Source of the DNA: Anaerolineae bacterium
Lineage (GTDB): Bacteria; Chloroflexota; Anaerolineae; Aggregatilineales; UBA3940
Direction: 5' to 3'
Length of the DNA stretch: 64,000 bases
Assembly: GCA_016926255.1 (NCBI GenBank)
Contig: JAFGOY010000009.1
Span: 28,414-92,413 of the forward strand
Shown here: positions 8,500 to 18,356 of the stretch, one piece after another
Layout: every line of letters starts with the position of its first letter
Position numbering within the stretch: the first letter of the stretch is position 1
The notes under the pieces: generated by a model
What the model was told of the DNA's origin: nothing
Seen by the model: the letters and a program-made list of their open reading frames with translations, nothing else
The model's database searches: none
Made by a program: the position numbers and the translations under genes

Positions 8500-9948
8500 G
8501 TGAACATCTTATTCGTTGCAGCGGAATGCGCCCCATTCGTCAAAGTCGGCGGACTTGGCGATGTTGTCGGCTCACTGCCGAAAACACTGCGAAAGCTGGG
8601 GCACTCCGTTCGCGTCATACTCCCTCACTTCGGCACCATCAACGACGACTATTTCGGCATCACACCGTACCACAGCTTCGAGATGACCTGGAACAATACC
8701 GACACACGGGTTGATGTGGGCTATGTGTCACGCCATGATGTCCCCCACTTCTTCATCCGGGGGTGGCCGTTCTTCGCGCCGAATGAGCCGTTCATCTATC
8801 ACGAAGACGTGGGGATCGACATCGGGCGGTTTCTGTTCCTGTGTGGGGCAACGATGGAATTTGTCCAGTGGCTCAGCGAAAAGGAAAACTGGAAACCGGA
8901 CATCTATCATGTCAACGATTGGCATACCAGTTTTCTCCCGTACCTGCTATACAATGCCGGGAAGAAAGATCCGGTGTTTGGCAAGGCAACGAGTGTGCTG
9001 TCGATTCACAACCTGCGCTACCAGGGATGGGGGATCGGCTGGCATATGGACAGAGCGGGAATACCACCAGCCGACCATGAACTGCTGATAGCATCGGGCA
9101 AACAGGACAGCGCAATGGCGCTGGGATTGGTTTACAGCACGATGCTGAATACGGTCAGCCCGCGTTACGCACAGGAGATTACCTCTGACGACGAAGGTTA
9201 TGGCCTGGAAGATATTCTCCACGCGCGGATGTCCCGCATGGTGGGCATCCTCAACGGGATCGACGCGAACCGGTGGAACCCGGCAACCAGCGCGACGATC
9301 CCCTACATCTACAACAAAGACACAATCGAACAACGTATCCACAACAAGTTAGCGATCCAGACCGAACTGGGGCTGCCCCAGCGACCGGATGTCCCAATGA
9401 TGGGAACAGTGATGCGGATGGTCGAGCAGAAGGGGCCAGGGATCATGTTTCCGGCAGTTCGTGACATGCTGACCCATCACGACGCACAGTTCGTGCTGCT
9501 GGGAAGCGGACAGTATCAATATGAGAACGATGCTTACGCACTTGGGCAGGATTTCCCGGAGCAGACTGCCATCCGACTTGTATTCGATGAAGGGCTGGCA
9601 GAACGAATCTATGCAGCGGTCGATATGTTCCTGATGCCGTCGCTGTTCGAGCCGTGCGGCCTCGGCCAGATGATCGCAATGCAGTATGGCGCTCTACCGG
9701 TCGTTCGCGAGACGGGCGGGCTGGCCGATACCGTATCGCCCAATGTCGGGTTTACCTTTACGGACTTCTCATCATACAGCCTGGAAAAGGCACTCGAAAA
9801 GGCACTTGACGTCTATACCAATGATCCTAAGAACTGGAAGCAGCGGCAAATCAAGGCAATGTCGCTGGATTTCTCGTGGGAGAAATCGGCAAATCAGTAC
9901 GTTGAGTTGTACCAGAAGGCAATCGAGGTGAAGAACCAATACGGGTGA
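8500..9948 (+). CDS. glgA: glycogen synthase (GT5)
   Basis: MNILFVAAECAPFVKVGGLGDVVGSLP N-terminus, NDWHT, PSLFEPCGL motifs. Confidence 0.93.
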   Translation: MNILFVAAECAPFVKVGGLGDVVGSLPKTLRKLGHSVRVILPHFGTINDDYFGITPYHSFEMTWNNTDTRVDVGYVSRHDVPHFFIRGWPFFAPNEPFIYHEDVGIDIGRFLFLCGATMEFVQWLSEKENWKPDIYHVNDWHTSFLPYLLYNAGKKDPVFGKATSVLSIHNLRYQGWGIGWHMDRAGIPPADHELLIASGKQDSAMALGLVYSTMLNTVSPRYAQEITSDDEGYGLEDILHARMSRMVGILNGIDANRWNPATSATIPYIYNKDTIEQRIHNKLAIQTELGLPQRPDVPMMGTVMRMVEQKGPGIMFPAVRDMLTHHDAQFVLLGSGQYQYENDAYALGQDFPEQTAIRLVFDEGLAERIYAAVDMFLMPSLFEPCGLGQMIAMQYGALPVVRETGGLADTVSPNVGFTFTDFSSYSLEKALEKALDVYTNDPKNWKQRQIKAMSLDFSWEKSANQYVELYQKAIEVKNQYG

Positions 9949-10028
9949 GGCTGTCTATATTAGAGATAAGTACCCAATATATTTGTATAGAGTCAACATC
10001 GATTCCTGCCAAGTATTGAACGGAGTAT

Positions 10029-12215
10029 GTGGCTGTTATGAACAAAATCATCCTATCGCTGGCAATACACAATCACCAGCCGGTCGGGAATTTTGGCTGG
10101 GTTTTTGAGGAAGCATACGAAAAAGCGTACCTTCCCATGCTCGAATGTCTAGAACGACACCCAACGATACGCATGGCGCTGCACTATACCGGCCCGCTGC
10201 GTGACTGGTTAGTCGAAAACATTCCGGACTTTTTCCCACGCCTGGGCAAACTCGTCAAACGGGGACAGGTGGAGATCATGTCGGGGGCGTACTATGAGCC
10301 GATCCTGGTAGCGCTCAGCGACGAGGACAAGATCGGACAGATCGGAAAGCAGACCGAATCGGTCAAAGAAGATTTCGACTTCGATGCCAGCGGGCTGTGG
10401 CTGGCCGAAAGGGTGTGGGAACCGCACCTGCCCCGGATTCTGAACGAGGCCGGGATCGAATATACAATCGTCGACGACGCACACTTCAAGGCGATCGGCT
10501 ATACCGACGACGACCTGCTTGGCTATTACGTCACCGAGGAACAGGGCAAGACATTGAAAGTATTCGCCACATCAATGCCGCTTCGATATTCGATTCCCTG
10601 GAAGGACGTCGACCACGTGATCAACTGGCTGCGCGAGCAGGCCGAATCAAATGGCTATGATGCCCGCTATATGGGCAAACAAAAAATCGCAACGATGGGC
10701 GACGACGGCGAAAAGTTCGGGATGTGGCCCGGCACTTATGATTACGTCTGGACGGGCGGCTGGATGGATCGATTCTTCGAGGCAATCGAGGCGAACAGTG
10801 ATTGGCTGGAAACGATGCCTCCGGGCGAAGTCGCAAAGAATTACCCAAGCCTGGGACGCATCTATCTCCCCACGTCATCATACGAGGAAATGGGAGAATG
10901 GGCGATGCCCCCCTTCCCCGCCTGGGAACTCCCTCATCTCAAACACATACTCGCTGACGAAGGCCGTACCGACATCCTCAAGTATATGCGCGGCGGGCTG
11001 TGGCGGCAGTTCCAGGTGAAGTACGCCGAGGTCAACCAACTGCACAAAAAATCGCTGCTCGTCAGCGAAAAAGTACATGCGATGAAGAAAGGTGCGCGCA
11101 AACAGCAGGCGCTCGACGCTCTGTGGGCCGGTCAATGCAACTGCGGCTACTGGCACGGTGTCTTTGGCGGCATCTATCTTTTCCACATCAGGCAGATCGA
11201 TTACGAGAACCTGATCAAGGCAGAAAACCTGGCCGACGGGCTGGATCAGGCAGACGCAAAGCCATTTGCCCAGGCAGAGATCGTCGATTTCGACCGGGAT
11301 GGGCTGGACGATGCCATCCTGACCAGCGACAAACAAACCCTGATCTTCGATCTCGACCAGGGAGGCGCGGTGGTCGAGTGGGACTTCCGACCGACGGGCT
11401 ACAACCTGGCTAACGTCCTTACCCGGCAGCGGGAAGGCTATCACAAAAAACTCGAAGACGCGGCATTGTCAAACACAATTGTGGTTATTGGAGAAGAAAG
11501 CAACGGTGACGAGCCGGACAATATCCACTCGGAAGTCGTGCGCGTGCGCGAACCCGGTTTGCAGCACAAACTGATCTACGATTGGCACCGGCGTGCATCG
11601 TTCATCGATCATTTCTTAGACGTGGATACGACCCTCGACGGATTCTATCGCAGCCGGTACGGGGAATCGGGGGACTTTGTCAACCAGCCGTATGCGGCGA
11701 GTCTTTCGGAAAACGACGAGGGCGCAGCGATCATCACGCTGACACGCAGCGGGGCGGTCTGGCAGGGCGGTATGCAGCTGCCCATTACGGTCGAGAAGAT
11801 CATGACGTTGGCCCCAGGTGAAAGCACACTGACCGTCGAATACACGGTCACGAACGGTGACGGCGGTACACTCGAAAAACAGTTTGGCGTTGAAACGAAC
11901 TGGGGACTGGCGGGCGGCAATGACGATCACACCTATCTATCGGTGGGCTTCGGGCGCTATTCGCTGGGCGAGATATCGTCGAATGATGAAGTGGACGACC
12001 TGACCATCACCAGCAACCTGTGGGGGATCAAGGCCGCGTTAGAAGTCGACCGCCCGGCGACACTGTGGCGGTTCCCATTAGAGACGATATCGGCATCGGA
12101 GGCAGGCTTCGAACTCAATTACCAGGGTTCGACTTTCCTGCTCTGGTGGCCGATCAAGCTCATGCCCGGCGAAAGCTGGAAAATGACGATCAAAACAAAT
12201 ATCCAGCAGTTATGA
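10029..12215 (+). CDS. GH57-family alpha-amylase / 4-alpha-glucanotransferase-like enzyme
   Basis: LAIHNHQPVGNF, WLAERVWEP and GDDGEKFG blocks, plus a long C-terminal beta-rich domain. Alternative ATG start at 10038. Confidence 0.85.
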   Translation: MAVMNKIILSLAIHNHQPVGNFGWVFEEAYEKAYLPMLECLERHPTIRMALHYTGPLRDWLVENIPDFFPRLGKLVKRGQVEIMSGAYYEPILVALSDEDKIGQIGKQTESVKEDFDFDASGLWLAERVWEPHLPRILNEAGIEYTIVDDAHFKAIGYTDDDLLGYYVTEEQGKTLKVFATSMPLRYSIPWKDVDHVINWLREQAESNGYDARYMGKQKIATMGDDGEKFGMWPGTYDYVWTGGWMDRFFEAIEANSDWLETMPPGEVAKNYPSLGRIYLPTSSYEEMGEWAMPPFPAWELPHLKHILADEGRTDILKYMRGGLWRQFQVKYAEVNQLHKKSLLVSEKVHAMKKGARKQQALDALWAGQCNCGYWHGVFGGIYLFHIRQIDYENLIKAENLADGLDQADAKPFAQAEIVDFDRDGLDDAILTSDKQTLIFDLDQGGAVVEWDFRPTGYNLANVLTRQREGYHKKLEDAALSNTIVVIGEESNGDEPDNIHSEVVRVREPGLQHKLIYDWHRRASFIDHFLDVDTTLDGFYRSRYGESGDFVNQPYAASLSENDEGAAIITLTRSGAVWQGGMQLPITVEKIMTLAPGESTLTVEYTVTNGDGGTLEKQFGVETNWGLAGGNDDHTYLSVGFGRYSLGEISSNDEVDDLTITSNLWGIKAALEVDRPATLWRFPLETISASEAGFELNYQGSTFLLWWPIKLMPGESWKMTIKTNIQQL

Positions 12216-12426
12216 CCCGGCGAAGACCAGTTTGACCGCAAATTTCTAGAAAAGGAGAATACCGGGCAGCAGATACAGACAACAGGATCGCCAAGCTTTA
12301 ACGACAGCATAGTTCATGGTCAAATGGCGTGGAAACCACCGTCGAAAATCCAATCAACTGGTGACACTCGTCACATGACATGCCAACAAAACCATTGATA
12401 TATTACTTGAGACTGTAAGAAAGTAA

Positions 12427-12642
<216 letters not shown>

Positions 12643-12685
12643 GCTTTGCACTACAACCTTCCTGCACACAGAGTGTAGAAACCAA

Positions 12686-12725
12686 GAGAGACGCCCGATA
12701 CCGAGCGCCTCTCTTTCTTTTTTCT
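12686..12725 (+). terminator. intrinsic terminator after the ferredoxin gene
   Basis: GAGAGACGC...GCGCCTCTC stem (1 mismatch) followed by TTTCTTTTTTC. Confidence 0.7.
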
Positions 12726-12740
12726 CAGGTTATACCCCAC

Positions 12741-13451
12741 TCAACCCGGCCATGTTTCCAATGCCAGCAGCGCCTCATCTGTCCCGATGGCATACAACGC
12801 CTCGGCTGCAATATCACAGACCCGGCTTTCGGCGCCAAACATATCGCCCGAACGGTCATCGAGCAGCCTGATCAGATAGGGAACCGCCGCCGCTGCGCCG
12901 ATCTGACCAAGCGCCCAGGCTGCCCCGCGCCTGATGTTGCCGTCGGCGTCGTCGAGAACTGAGATCAGGCCGGGAACCGCCGCCTCACCGATCAGCAGGA
13001 GTTTAGACCAGTTACGTGTGGCTATATAGTAGGTGACCTCGGCATCGATATCGTCAGGGAACCAGCCGACCAGATCAAGTGCCTCGACAATGGAATCACG
13101 CACCGCCCCGCGTGCATAATACAGGGCATCGATCAATCCTTCCGGGTCGAAGTCGCCGATCTCCCAGACCACCTGGGCGACCTCGGACTGCAAGGCACGC
13201 CCGCCCCGCCAGAGCGCCTCGTGCAGGCCGGGCAAGGCACGCACATCGTGAAAATGCTCGGCAAGCGTCATCGACGCAAACACCCGGACTTCATAGTCCG
13301 AGTGCTCGACGGCCTCCAGAAGCTCATCCAACAGATCGGGAGAGTTGTCGGCGAGAAGCCGTTCGATCAGATCGATTGGCGATTCATCATCATAGTCATC
13401 GTTGTAATCGTCAAAGTCCATGCTCACCATACCGCCACGCCGTTTCGGCAC
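12741..13451 (-). CDS. HEAT-repeat (PBS-lyase type) protein
   Basis: Repeated AAWALGQIGAAAAVPYLIRLLDD-type units and an acidic N-terminus. Confidence 0.75.
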   Translation of the reverse strand: MPKRRGGMVSMDFDDYNDDYDDESPIDLIERLLADNSPDLLDELLEAVEHSDYEVRVFASMTLAEHFHDVRALPGLHEALWRGGRALQSEVAQVVWEIGDFDPEGLIDALYYARGAVRDSIVEALDLVGWFPDDIDAEVTYYIATRNWSKLLLIGEAAVPGLISVLDDADGNIRRGAAWALGQIGAAAAVPYLIRLLDDRSGDMFGAESRVCDIAAEALYAIGTDEALLALETWPG

Positions 13452-13459
13452 GGCCCGAT

Positions 13460-14839
13460 TTACGCCTCGTTCTCGGCAAGGAAACAGAGATAGTGAATCA
13501 CCGTATCGATTCCCTTGTAGAAATGATCGACGCGGAAGTTTTCATTGGGCGAATGGATGTTGTCTTCCAGGCCAAAGCCCATCAGCACGGTTGGAATACC
13601 AAGTTCTTTCTGGAAGGTAGCGACAACAGGAATCGAGCCACCTTCGGCGGTGAAGACCGGTTCATTGTCAAAGACGGCTTCATAGGCGCGCGAAGCCGCC
13701 GCGATCTCCGGAGATTCCAACGGCGAGATCGACCACCAACCCGTCGAGTGGGTAAACACATCGATCTTGACATCACCACCGGCCAGCTTCTTCACATAGT
13801 CGGCAAACAGGTCGGCGATCTCCTCCGGGTCCTGATCGGGAACCAGACGCATACTGACCTTCGCCCCGGCTTCAGCCGGAAGAACCGTCTTGGCCCCTTC
13901 GTCGGAAAAACCGCCCCAGATTCCGTTGACTTCACAGGTAGGCCGGATGGTGACACGCTCAAGGAACGTGTATTCTTTCTCACCCCAGGGCTTATCCAGA
14001 CCGGTTTCCTTGCGCCAATCGTCGAGGGTATAAGGGACTTTTGCCAGGACGGAGCGCTCGCGGTCGGTGAGCGGGCGAACCTTATCATAAAAGCCGGGGA
14101 TGGTCACCGTGCCGTTATCATCATGCAGTGCGGCGACAATATCGGCGATGGCCTGAGCCGGGTTATAGACCGAGCCACCATAGGAACCGGAGTGCAGATC
14201 ACGTCTTGGCCCCTTCAGGTTGATCTCCATGTAGGTGAGGCCGCGCAGCCGGTAGACAATCGATGGCTGGTCAGGTGCGAGGATGCGGCTGTCGGAAATG
14301 ACGGCGCTGTCGGCGGCCAGCAGTTCGGTATTCTCCTCGACAAATTTGTCGAGATTAAGCGAACCGATCTCCTCCTCGCCTTCAAAGAGTATTTTCACAT
14401 TGACCGGCAGTTGACCCGATGTAGAGAGAAACGACTCAGCCGCTTTCAGATGGGTATACGACTGCCCCTTGTCGTCAGAGACACCCCGCGCAAATATCTT
14501 CCCATCCCTGATCTCCGGCTTGAAGGGATCACTATCCCACTCCTCAATCGGGTCGACGGGCTGAACGTCGTAATGGCCATAGACCAGAACCGTTGGCACG
14601 CCATCACCGGCTTTGAGCCATTCGCCATAGACAAACGACGGTCCCTCAGAAGGGAACACCTGAACATTATCGAAGCCAATTCGCTTCAACTCGTCGGCCA
14701 GCCATCCGGCGGCGCGTTCCATTTCAGGTTCGTGGTCGGAAAAGGCGCTAATACTTGGAATACGCAGTAATTCAAACAGTTCATCCAAAAAACGCTGGTG
14801 GTTATTGTGCGCGTATCCCAATGCTTCGTTCAACATCAT
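13460..14839 (-). CDS. M20-family dipeptidase
   Basis: VYGHYDVQP, ARGVSDDKG and FEGEEEIGS metal-ligand blocks. Confidence 0.88.
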   Translation of the reverse strand: MMLNEALGYAHNNHQRFLDELFELLRIPSISAFSDHEPEMERAAGWLADELKRIGFDNVQVFPSEGPSFVYGEWLKAGDGVPTVLVYGHYDVQPVDPIEEWDSDPFKPEIRDGKIFARGVSDDKGQSYTHLKAAESFLSTSGQLPVNVKILFEGEEEIGSLNLDKFVEENTELLAADSAVISDSRILAPDQPSIVYRLRGLTYMEINLKGPRRDLHSGSYGGSVYNPAQAIADIVAALHDDNGTVTIPGFYDKVRPLTDRERSVLAKVPYTLDDWRKETGLDKPWGEKEYTFLERVTIRPTCEVNGIWGGFSDEGAKTVLPAEAGAKVSMRLVPDQDPEEIADLFADYVKKLAGGDVKIDVFTHSTGWWSISPLESPEIAAASRAYEAVFDNEPVFTAEGGSIPVVATFQKELGIPTVLMGFGLEDNIHSPNENFRVDHFYKGIDTVIHYLCFLAENEA

Positions 14840-14872
14840 TCACTCCTATCTTCAAGACATTCTGATTACCGA

Positions 14873-15940
14873 TCAGGGCATCCAGGCGACCGGGCCACCC
14901 AGCCCAATCGATCCCAACGATCCTTCGAGCGAAAGCACCTGCAAAACATCCCCGGATTGAAGATCGACCAGATAGAGTCCGCCATCGCCGCGTGTCGACC
15001 AGAAGGCGATCAGGCGATCATCAGGTGACCAGGACGGGAAATTGTCATCATCCGGGCCAGAGGCGATCACGGTGCGGGTTGCCCCAGCGGCATCCATGAT
15101 AACCAGATCGGAGCCAACTCCGTTTTGATAGGTCACATAGACGATATACTGCCCATCGTTTGACCAGGCAGGTGCATCATCGTCAAAGGTATTATCCGTC
15201 AGTTGGACGACAATTTCACCATTTCGATCCATCGTATAGATTTCGTAATCCCCATCGCGATTGGAGGTAAACGCAATCCGATCTCCATCGGGCGACCAGG
15301 TCGGCCAGGCATCGGTCGAAAAGGGATCGGAAGACAGATTGGTTTCTTCGGCTGTACCAAGATCGACAAGATAGATATCGGTGGCCCCCAGCGGGCCTTC
15401 ATCGCTGCGATCCGCCTGGAACGCCAGCACATCCCCACCGGGCGACCAGCGTGGGTAAGCTCCCCTACCCTCAAGAAGCTGTTCAACATGCGAACCATTA
15501 ACGTCCATCGAGAAGAGAAACGATCCGCCTAACTCTTCCTCGGACATGAATGCGATCTGCCTGCCGTCCGGGGAGATGTCAGGGTACATCACAAATCCGG
15601 TGATATCGGTGAGCCGAACCAGATTCGCCACCGAACATCCACCGGGAAGCGCCATACAAGAGAGGTCTAACGCGTACAGGTCATAATTCAGATCGCCAAA
15701 GAAGTCGAGGGAAAGGACAAGTTCCCCATCGGTGATGTTCTCCGGGATCGGGGTGACGGTGAGAGTCGGCATGAGCGTCGGCGGCGGCGGAACAGGGCTG
15801 GGAGTAGACGTCGGCGGAGCGGGGGTTGCAGGCGATAGGGTAACTGGCTGCTGCATGTCACAGGATGAGAGCAGCAGGGCAGCGACGAACAACAGAGTCG
15901 AGAGCGGTTTGAGTATTCGAGAGAAGTTCATAGCAGTCAT
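14873..15940 (-). CDS. secreted lipoprotein with a P/T-rich linker and PD40 (TolB-like) beta-propeller repeats
   Basis: Signal peptide plus lipobox LSSC, linker PATPAPPTSTPSPVPPPPTLMPTLTVTPIP, and repeated SPDG/WSPDGD motifs. Confidence 0.85.
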   Translation of the reverse strand: MTAMNFSRILKPLSTLLFVAALLLSSCDMQQPVTLSPATPAPPTSTPSPVPPPPTLMPTLTVTPIPENITDGELVLSLDFFGDLNYDLYALDLSCMALPGGCSVANLVRLTDITGFVMYPDISPDGRQIAFMSEEELGGSFLFSMDVNGSHVEQLLEGRGAYPRWSPGGDVLAFQADRSDEGPLGATDIYLVDLGTAEETNLSSDPFSTDAWPTWSPDGDRIAFTSNRDGDYEIYTMDRNGEIVVQLTDNTFDDDAPAWSNDGQYIVYVTYQNGVGSDLVIMDAAGATRTVIASGPDDDNFPSWSPDDRLIAFWSTRGDGGLYLVDLQSGDVLQVLSLEGSLGSIGLGGPVAWMP

Positions 15941-17493
15941 TCAGGTGGTGGAATAATTTGATAGACAACGAACGATATATCACCGAAACGATTATATGTT
16001 TCTAACTGCTTCTCTGCCGAGAAACCTGCCTGCTCAACTGCGATCAGGTCATCGACATGATCTTCCCAACCGGGCAGCACGAGCATCCTTATTGAACCAT
16101 CACCGGCATTGGCGATCAAATCTTCGGACAGGATTTCGGGCGATTCGACATAAGTCAGGTAAAGATACGAATCGAAGAGATAGTAGTGAAGCGTCCAGCC
16201 AAGTGACCCATAGTAGATGACGGTTCCCATTGGTTGGGATTTTAAATAGTCGGCGAGTTCGTCGATTCCATCGTATGCGCCGTGATCGGAGCCGACCGGA
16301 TACTGTCCCTCAGACGCACGGATGGCGGGGGAAACCAAGACCGCCACACACAGTATCAAGGCAGCGGCCCTGAACCTGTCGCCGGAAGGGGACAGCCACC
16401 CGACGGTGAGATCGGTGAGGAGGATCAACGATCGGCCTACCAGCAAAGCGATCAGCGGGACAAGGGGCAGAATATAGCGATCCCACACGGGGACGGCAAC
16501 CAGCCAGTGAAACAGCACGTAGCCGACAACAAAAATAAAAATAGCGGCTGACCACCGCCGATTCGATTTTGGCGCGGGCACGATCCACTCCAATGGGAGC
16601 AGGATCGTCAGGAGCACCAGCAGCAAAATATTGGTAAACCAATTCCCGCCGACAGCCTGAAGCCAGATCGACCAGGCACGAGCACGGGGCAGGAGTTCGG
16701 ATTGTGAAACGAATCGGCCCGGATTGTTGGCCTCCATCCCGGCAGCCCAGAAAGCAGGTGCGGGCGCTCGAATCCAATCCCAGGCAGCGATCAGGAGAAC
16801 GATCAGGCCGAGAGCAGCGAGGAAAAGAACGATAGATTGAAAAGATTCTGATACGTCATCGGTGATCAGGCCGAGAACAAATACAAGCGGGAGAAAAAAC
16901 ATCCCGCTTTGCTTGGTGGCGAAGGACAGGCCGAGAAGGACTCCGGCCCAGAACCAGCGGATCGATGGCTTCCGGTGGGAGGTGATCACCACACAGGCAG
17001 CGAGCATCCACATGACCATCGGGGGGTCGGCGAAAGCGGTGGGCGAGAACTGGATAGCAAAGGGCGACAGAACATAGAACGCTGCCGCAATGAACATCGA
17101 CCAGTGCGACCGCCAGAGATTCCAGGCCAACCGAACCACGAGCGCGATACTGATCAGGCTGGCGAACAGGCCAGGGAGCCGGGCGGTCAACTCACTGTCC
17201 CACTCAATCGAAATGCCGAGCGAGAGAAGATAGTAGAACAGCGGCGGTTTATCGACGAGGAGCGGGGTATCGACAAGAAGGGGATCGATGCCTTCGATAA
17301 TCAGGCGGCCCAAGGTGGCGAAAAGGGCCTCATCGGCATGGAAGCGAAATTCGGTGAGAAGCCTGATCCGCAGGACCGCGCCAATCAAAATCAACAGGGT
17401 CAGCAGCCAGACACGGAGAGAAACAGGCAGGGGCCGCGAAGATTTGTTCCCCGCCGCCCCTGGTAATCTGCCACGCGCTGATTGGCCGTGCAT
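15937..17493 (-). CDS. GT-C fold glycosyltransferase (PMT/ArnT, GT39/GT83-like)
   Basis: More than 10 TM segments, first-loop HADEALF (DE) motif. The stop overlaps the downstream start (ATGA at 15937-15940). Confidence 0.8.
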   Translation of the reverse strand: MHGQSARGRLPGAAGNKSSRPLPVSLRVWLLTLLILIGAVLRIRLLTEFRFHADEALFATLGRLIIEGIDPLLVDTPLLVDKPPLFYYLLSLGISIEWDSELTARLPGLFASLISIALVVRLAWNLWRSHWSMFIAAAFYVLSPFAIQFSPTAFADPPMVMWMLAACVVITSHRKPSIRWFWAGVLLGLSFATKQSGMFFLPLVFVLGLITDDVSESFQSIVLFLAALGLIVLLIAAWDWIRAPAPAFWAAGMEANNPGRFVSQSELLPRARAWSIWLQAVGGNWFTNILLLVLLTILLPLEWIVPAPKSNRRWSAAIFIFVVGYVLFHWLVAVPVWDRYILPLVPLIALLVGRSLILLTDLTVGWLSPSGDRFRAAALILCVAVLVSPAIRASEGQYPVGSDHGAYDGIDELADYLKSQPMGTVIYYGSLGWTLHYYLFDSYLYLTYVESPEILSEDLIANAGDGSIRMLVLPGWEDHVDDLIAVEQAGFSAEKQLETYNRFGDISFVVYQIIPPPE

Positions 17494-17503
17494 GGATATC
17501 CTA

Positions 17504-18190
17504 TCAATCGGTAAAACGATACTTCAGCAGAGTCCAGAATGCAGGAATGGCATCCCACCCGGTGATCTTCTTCCCTTCGTCAAAATCGCGTCCATAATAA
17601 GCGATTGAAACTTCGATGATGCGACAGCCGCGCTTGGCAACCTTGGCCGTGATCTCCGGCTCGAAATCGAAACGTTTAGCGTGCAGGGGAATATCGCGGA
17701 CGACATCGGCGCGAAACGCCTTGTAACAGGTCTCCATGTCAGACAGGTCGAGGTTATAGAGGATATTGGTAGTCATCGTCAGGAAGAAATTGCCAACCCG
17801 GTGCCAGAAGTTCATCTTGCGGGCGGGTTTGCCTAGGAAACGCGACCCGTAGACGACATCGGCGCGGCCTTCTTCGATAGGACGCAGCACGTCGGCATAA
17901 TCACGGGGATCGTATTCCAGGTCGGCATCCTGGATGATGAAGATTTCACCCCTGGCATTCTCAAACCCGGTGCGGACGGCGCTGCCCTTTCCCCGGTTTT
18001 TCTCATGCAGGAACACGCGGACGGTTTCGTCGTTTTCCCACTGCCTCATCAAATCACGGGAGCCATCGGTCGAACCATCGTCGACCATCACGATCTCGAA
18101 CACTTTGCCGGTCGCCAAGACCTGTTTGACGATTTCTTCGAGAGTGTCAACTTCATTGTACACGGGCATTATGACAGACAGATTCAACAA
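17504..18190 (-). CDS. GT2 polyprenyl-phosphate glycosyltransferase (Dpm1/Ppm1-like)
   Basis: LSVIMPVYNE, VDDGSTDGS, QDADLEYDP (DxD). Confidence 0.85.
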   Translation of the reverse strand: MLNLSVIMPVYNEVDTLEEIVKQVLATGKVFEIVMVDDGSTDGSRDLMRQWENDETVRVFLHEKNRGKGSAVRTGFENARGEIFIIQDADLEYDPRDYADVLRPIEEGRADVVYGSRFLGKPARKMNFWHRVGNFFLTMTTNILYNLDLSDMETCYKAFRADVVRDIPLHAKRFDFEPEITAKVAKRGCRIIEVSIAYYGRDFDEGKKITGWDAIPAFWTLLKYRFTD

Positions 18191-18340
18191 ACGACCTCGC
18201 AGTCTTATCCAAATTCATTTCGGCAACGATACGGCTGTCCTGGGCCGCCATTGGCAAGCTAGTATAGCCAAGCAGGAATGGGCAGGCAAACCCACAACCG
18301 ACGCGGCATAAACGATTGGCGGACTCCTGCCATCCGAACA

Positions 18341-18349
18341 TGGTATAAT
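18341..18349 (+). promoter_or_regulatory. extended -10 promoter element TGgTATAAT
   Basis: TGGTATAAT ends 7 nt before ATG 18357. No SD lies in between. Confidence 0.5.
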
Positions 18350-18356
18350 CTGCCGC

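Noticed and set aside
12330-12392. A 20-codon ORF (MVKWRGNHRRKSNQLVTLVT) and a GTGAC-N4-GTCAC palindrome in the spacer upstream of the ferredoxin gene.
   Set aside because: There is no SD and no recognisable peptide family. The palindrome is too short (5 bp) to interpret.
13079-14770. A 563-aa ORF on the + strand antisense to the HEAT-repeat and M20 peptidase genes. Similar long antisense ORFs lie at 3551-4378, 20684-21595, 31023-31853, 39920-40675, 44072-45166, 49653-50744, 50907-51669, 53033-53689 and 56090-56926.
   Set aside because: Each lies exactly opposite a gene with clear family motifs. Their products are low-complexity R/G/P/D-rich with no motifs. Such shadow ORFs are expected when the sense strand avoids TTA, CTA and TCA codons. 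I treat them as a codon-usage artefact, not overlapping genes.
15890-17290. While hand-translating this stretch I obtained a +1 register offset relative to the ORF track, with an apparent extra g near 15900 and one g fewer near 17281.
   Set aside because: The ORF track gives uninterrupted ORFs on both strands across both points, so this is most likely my manual reading error and not a frameshift. CDS coordinates here follow the track.
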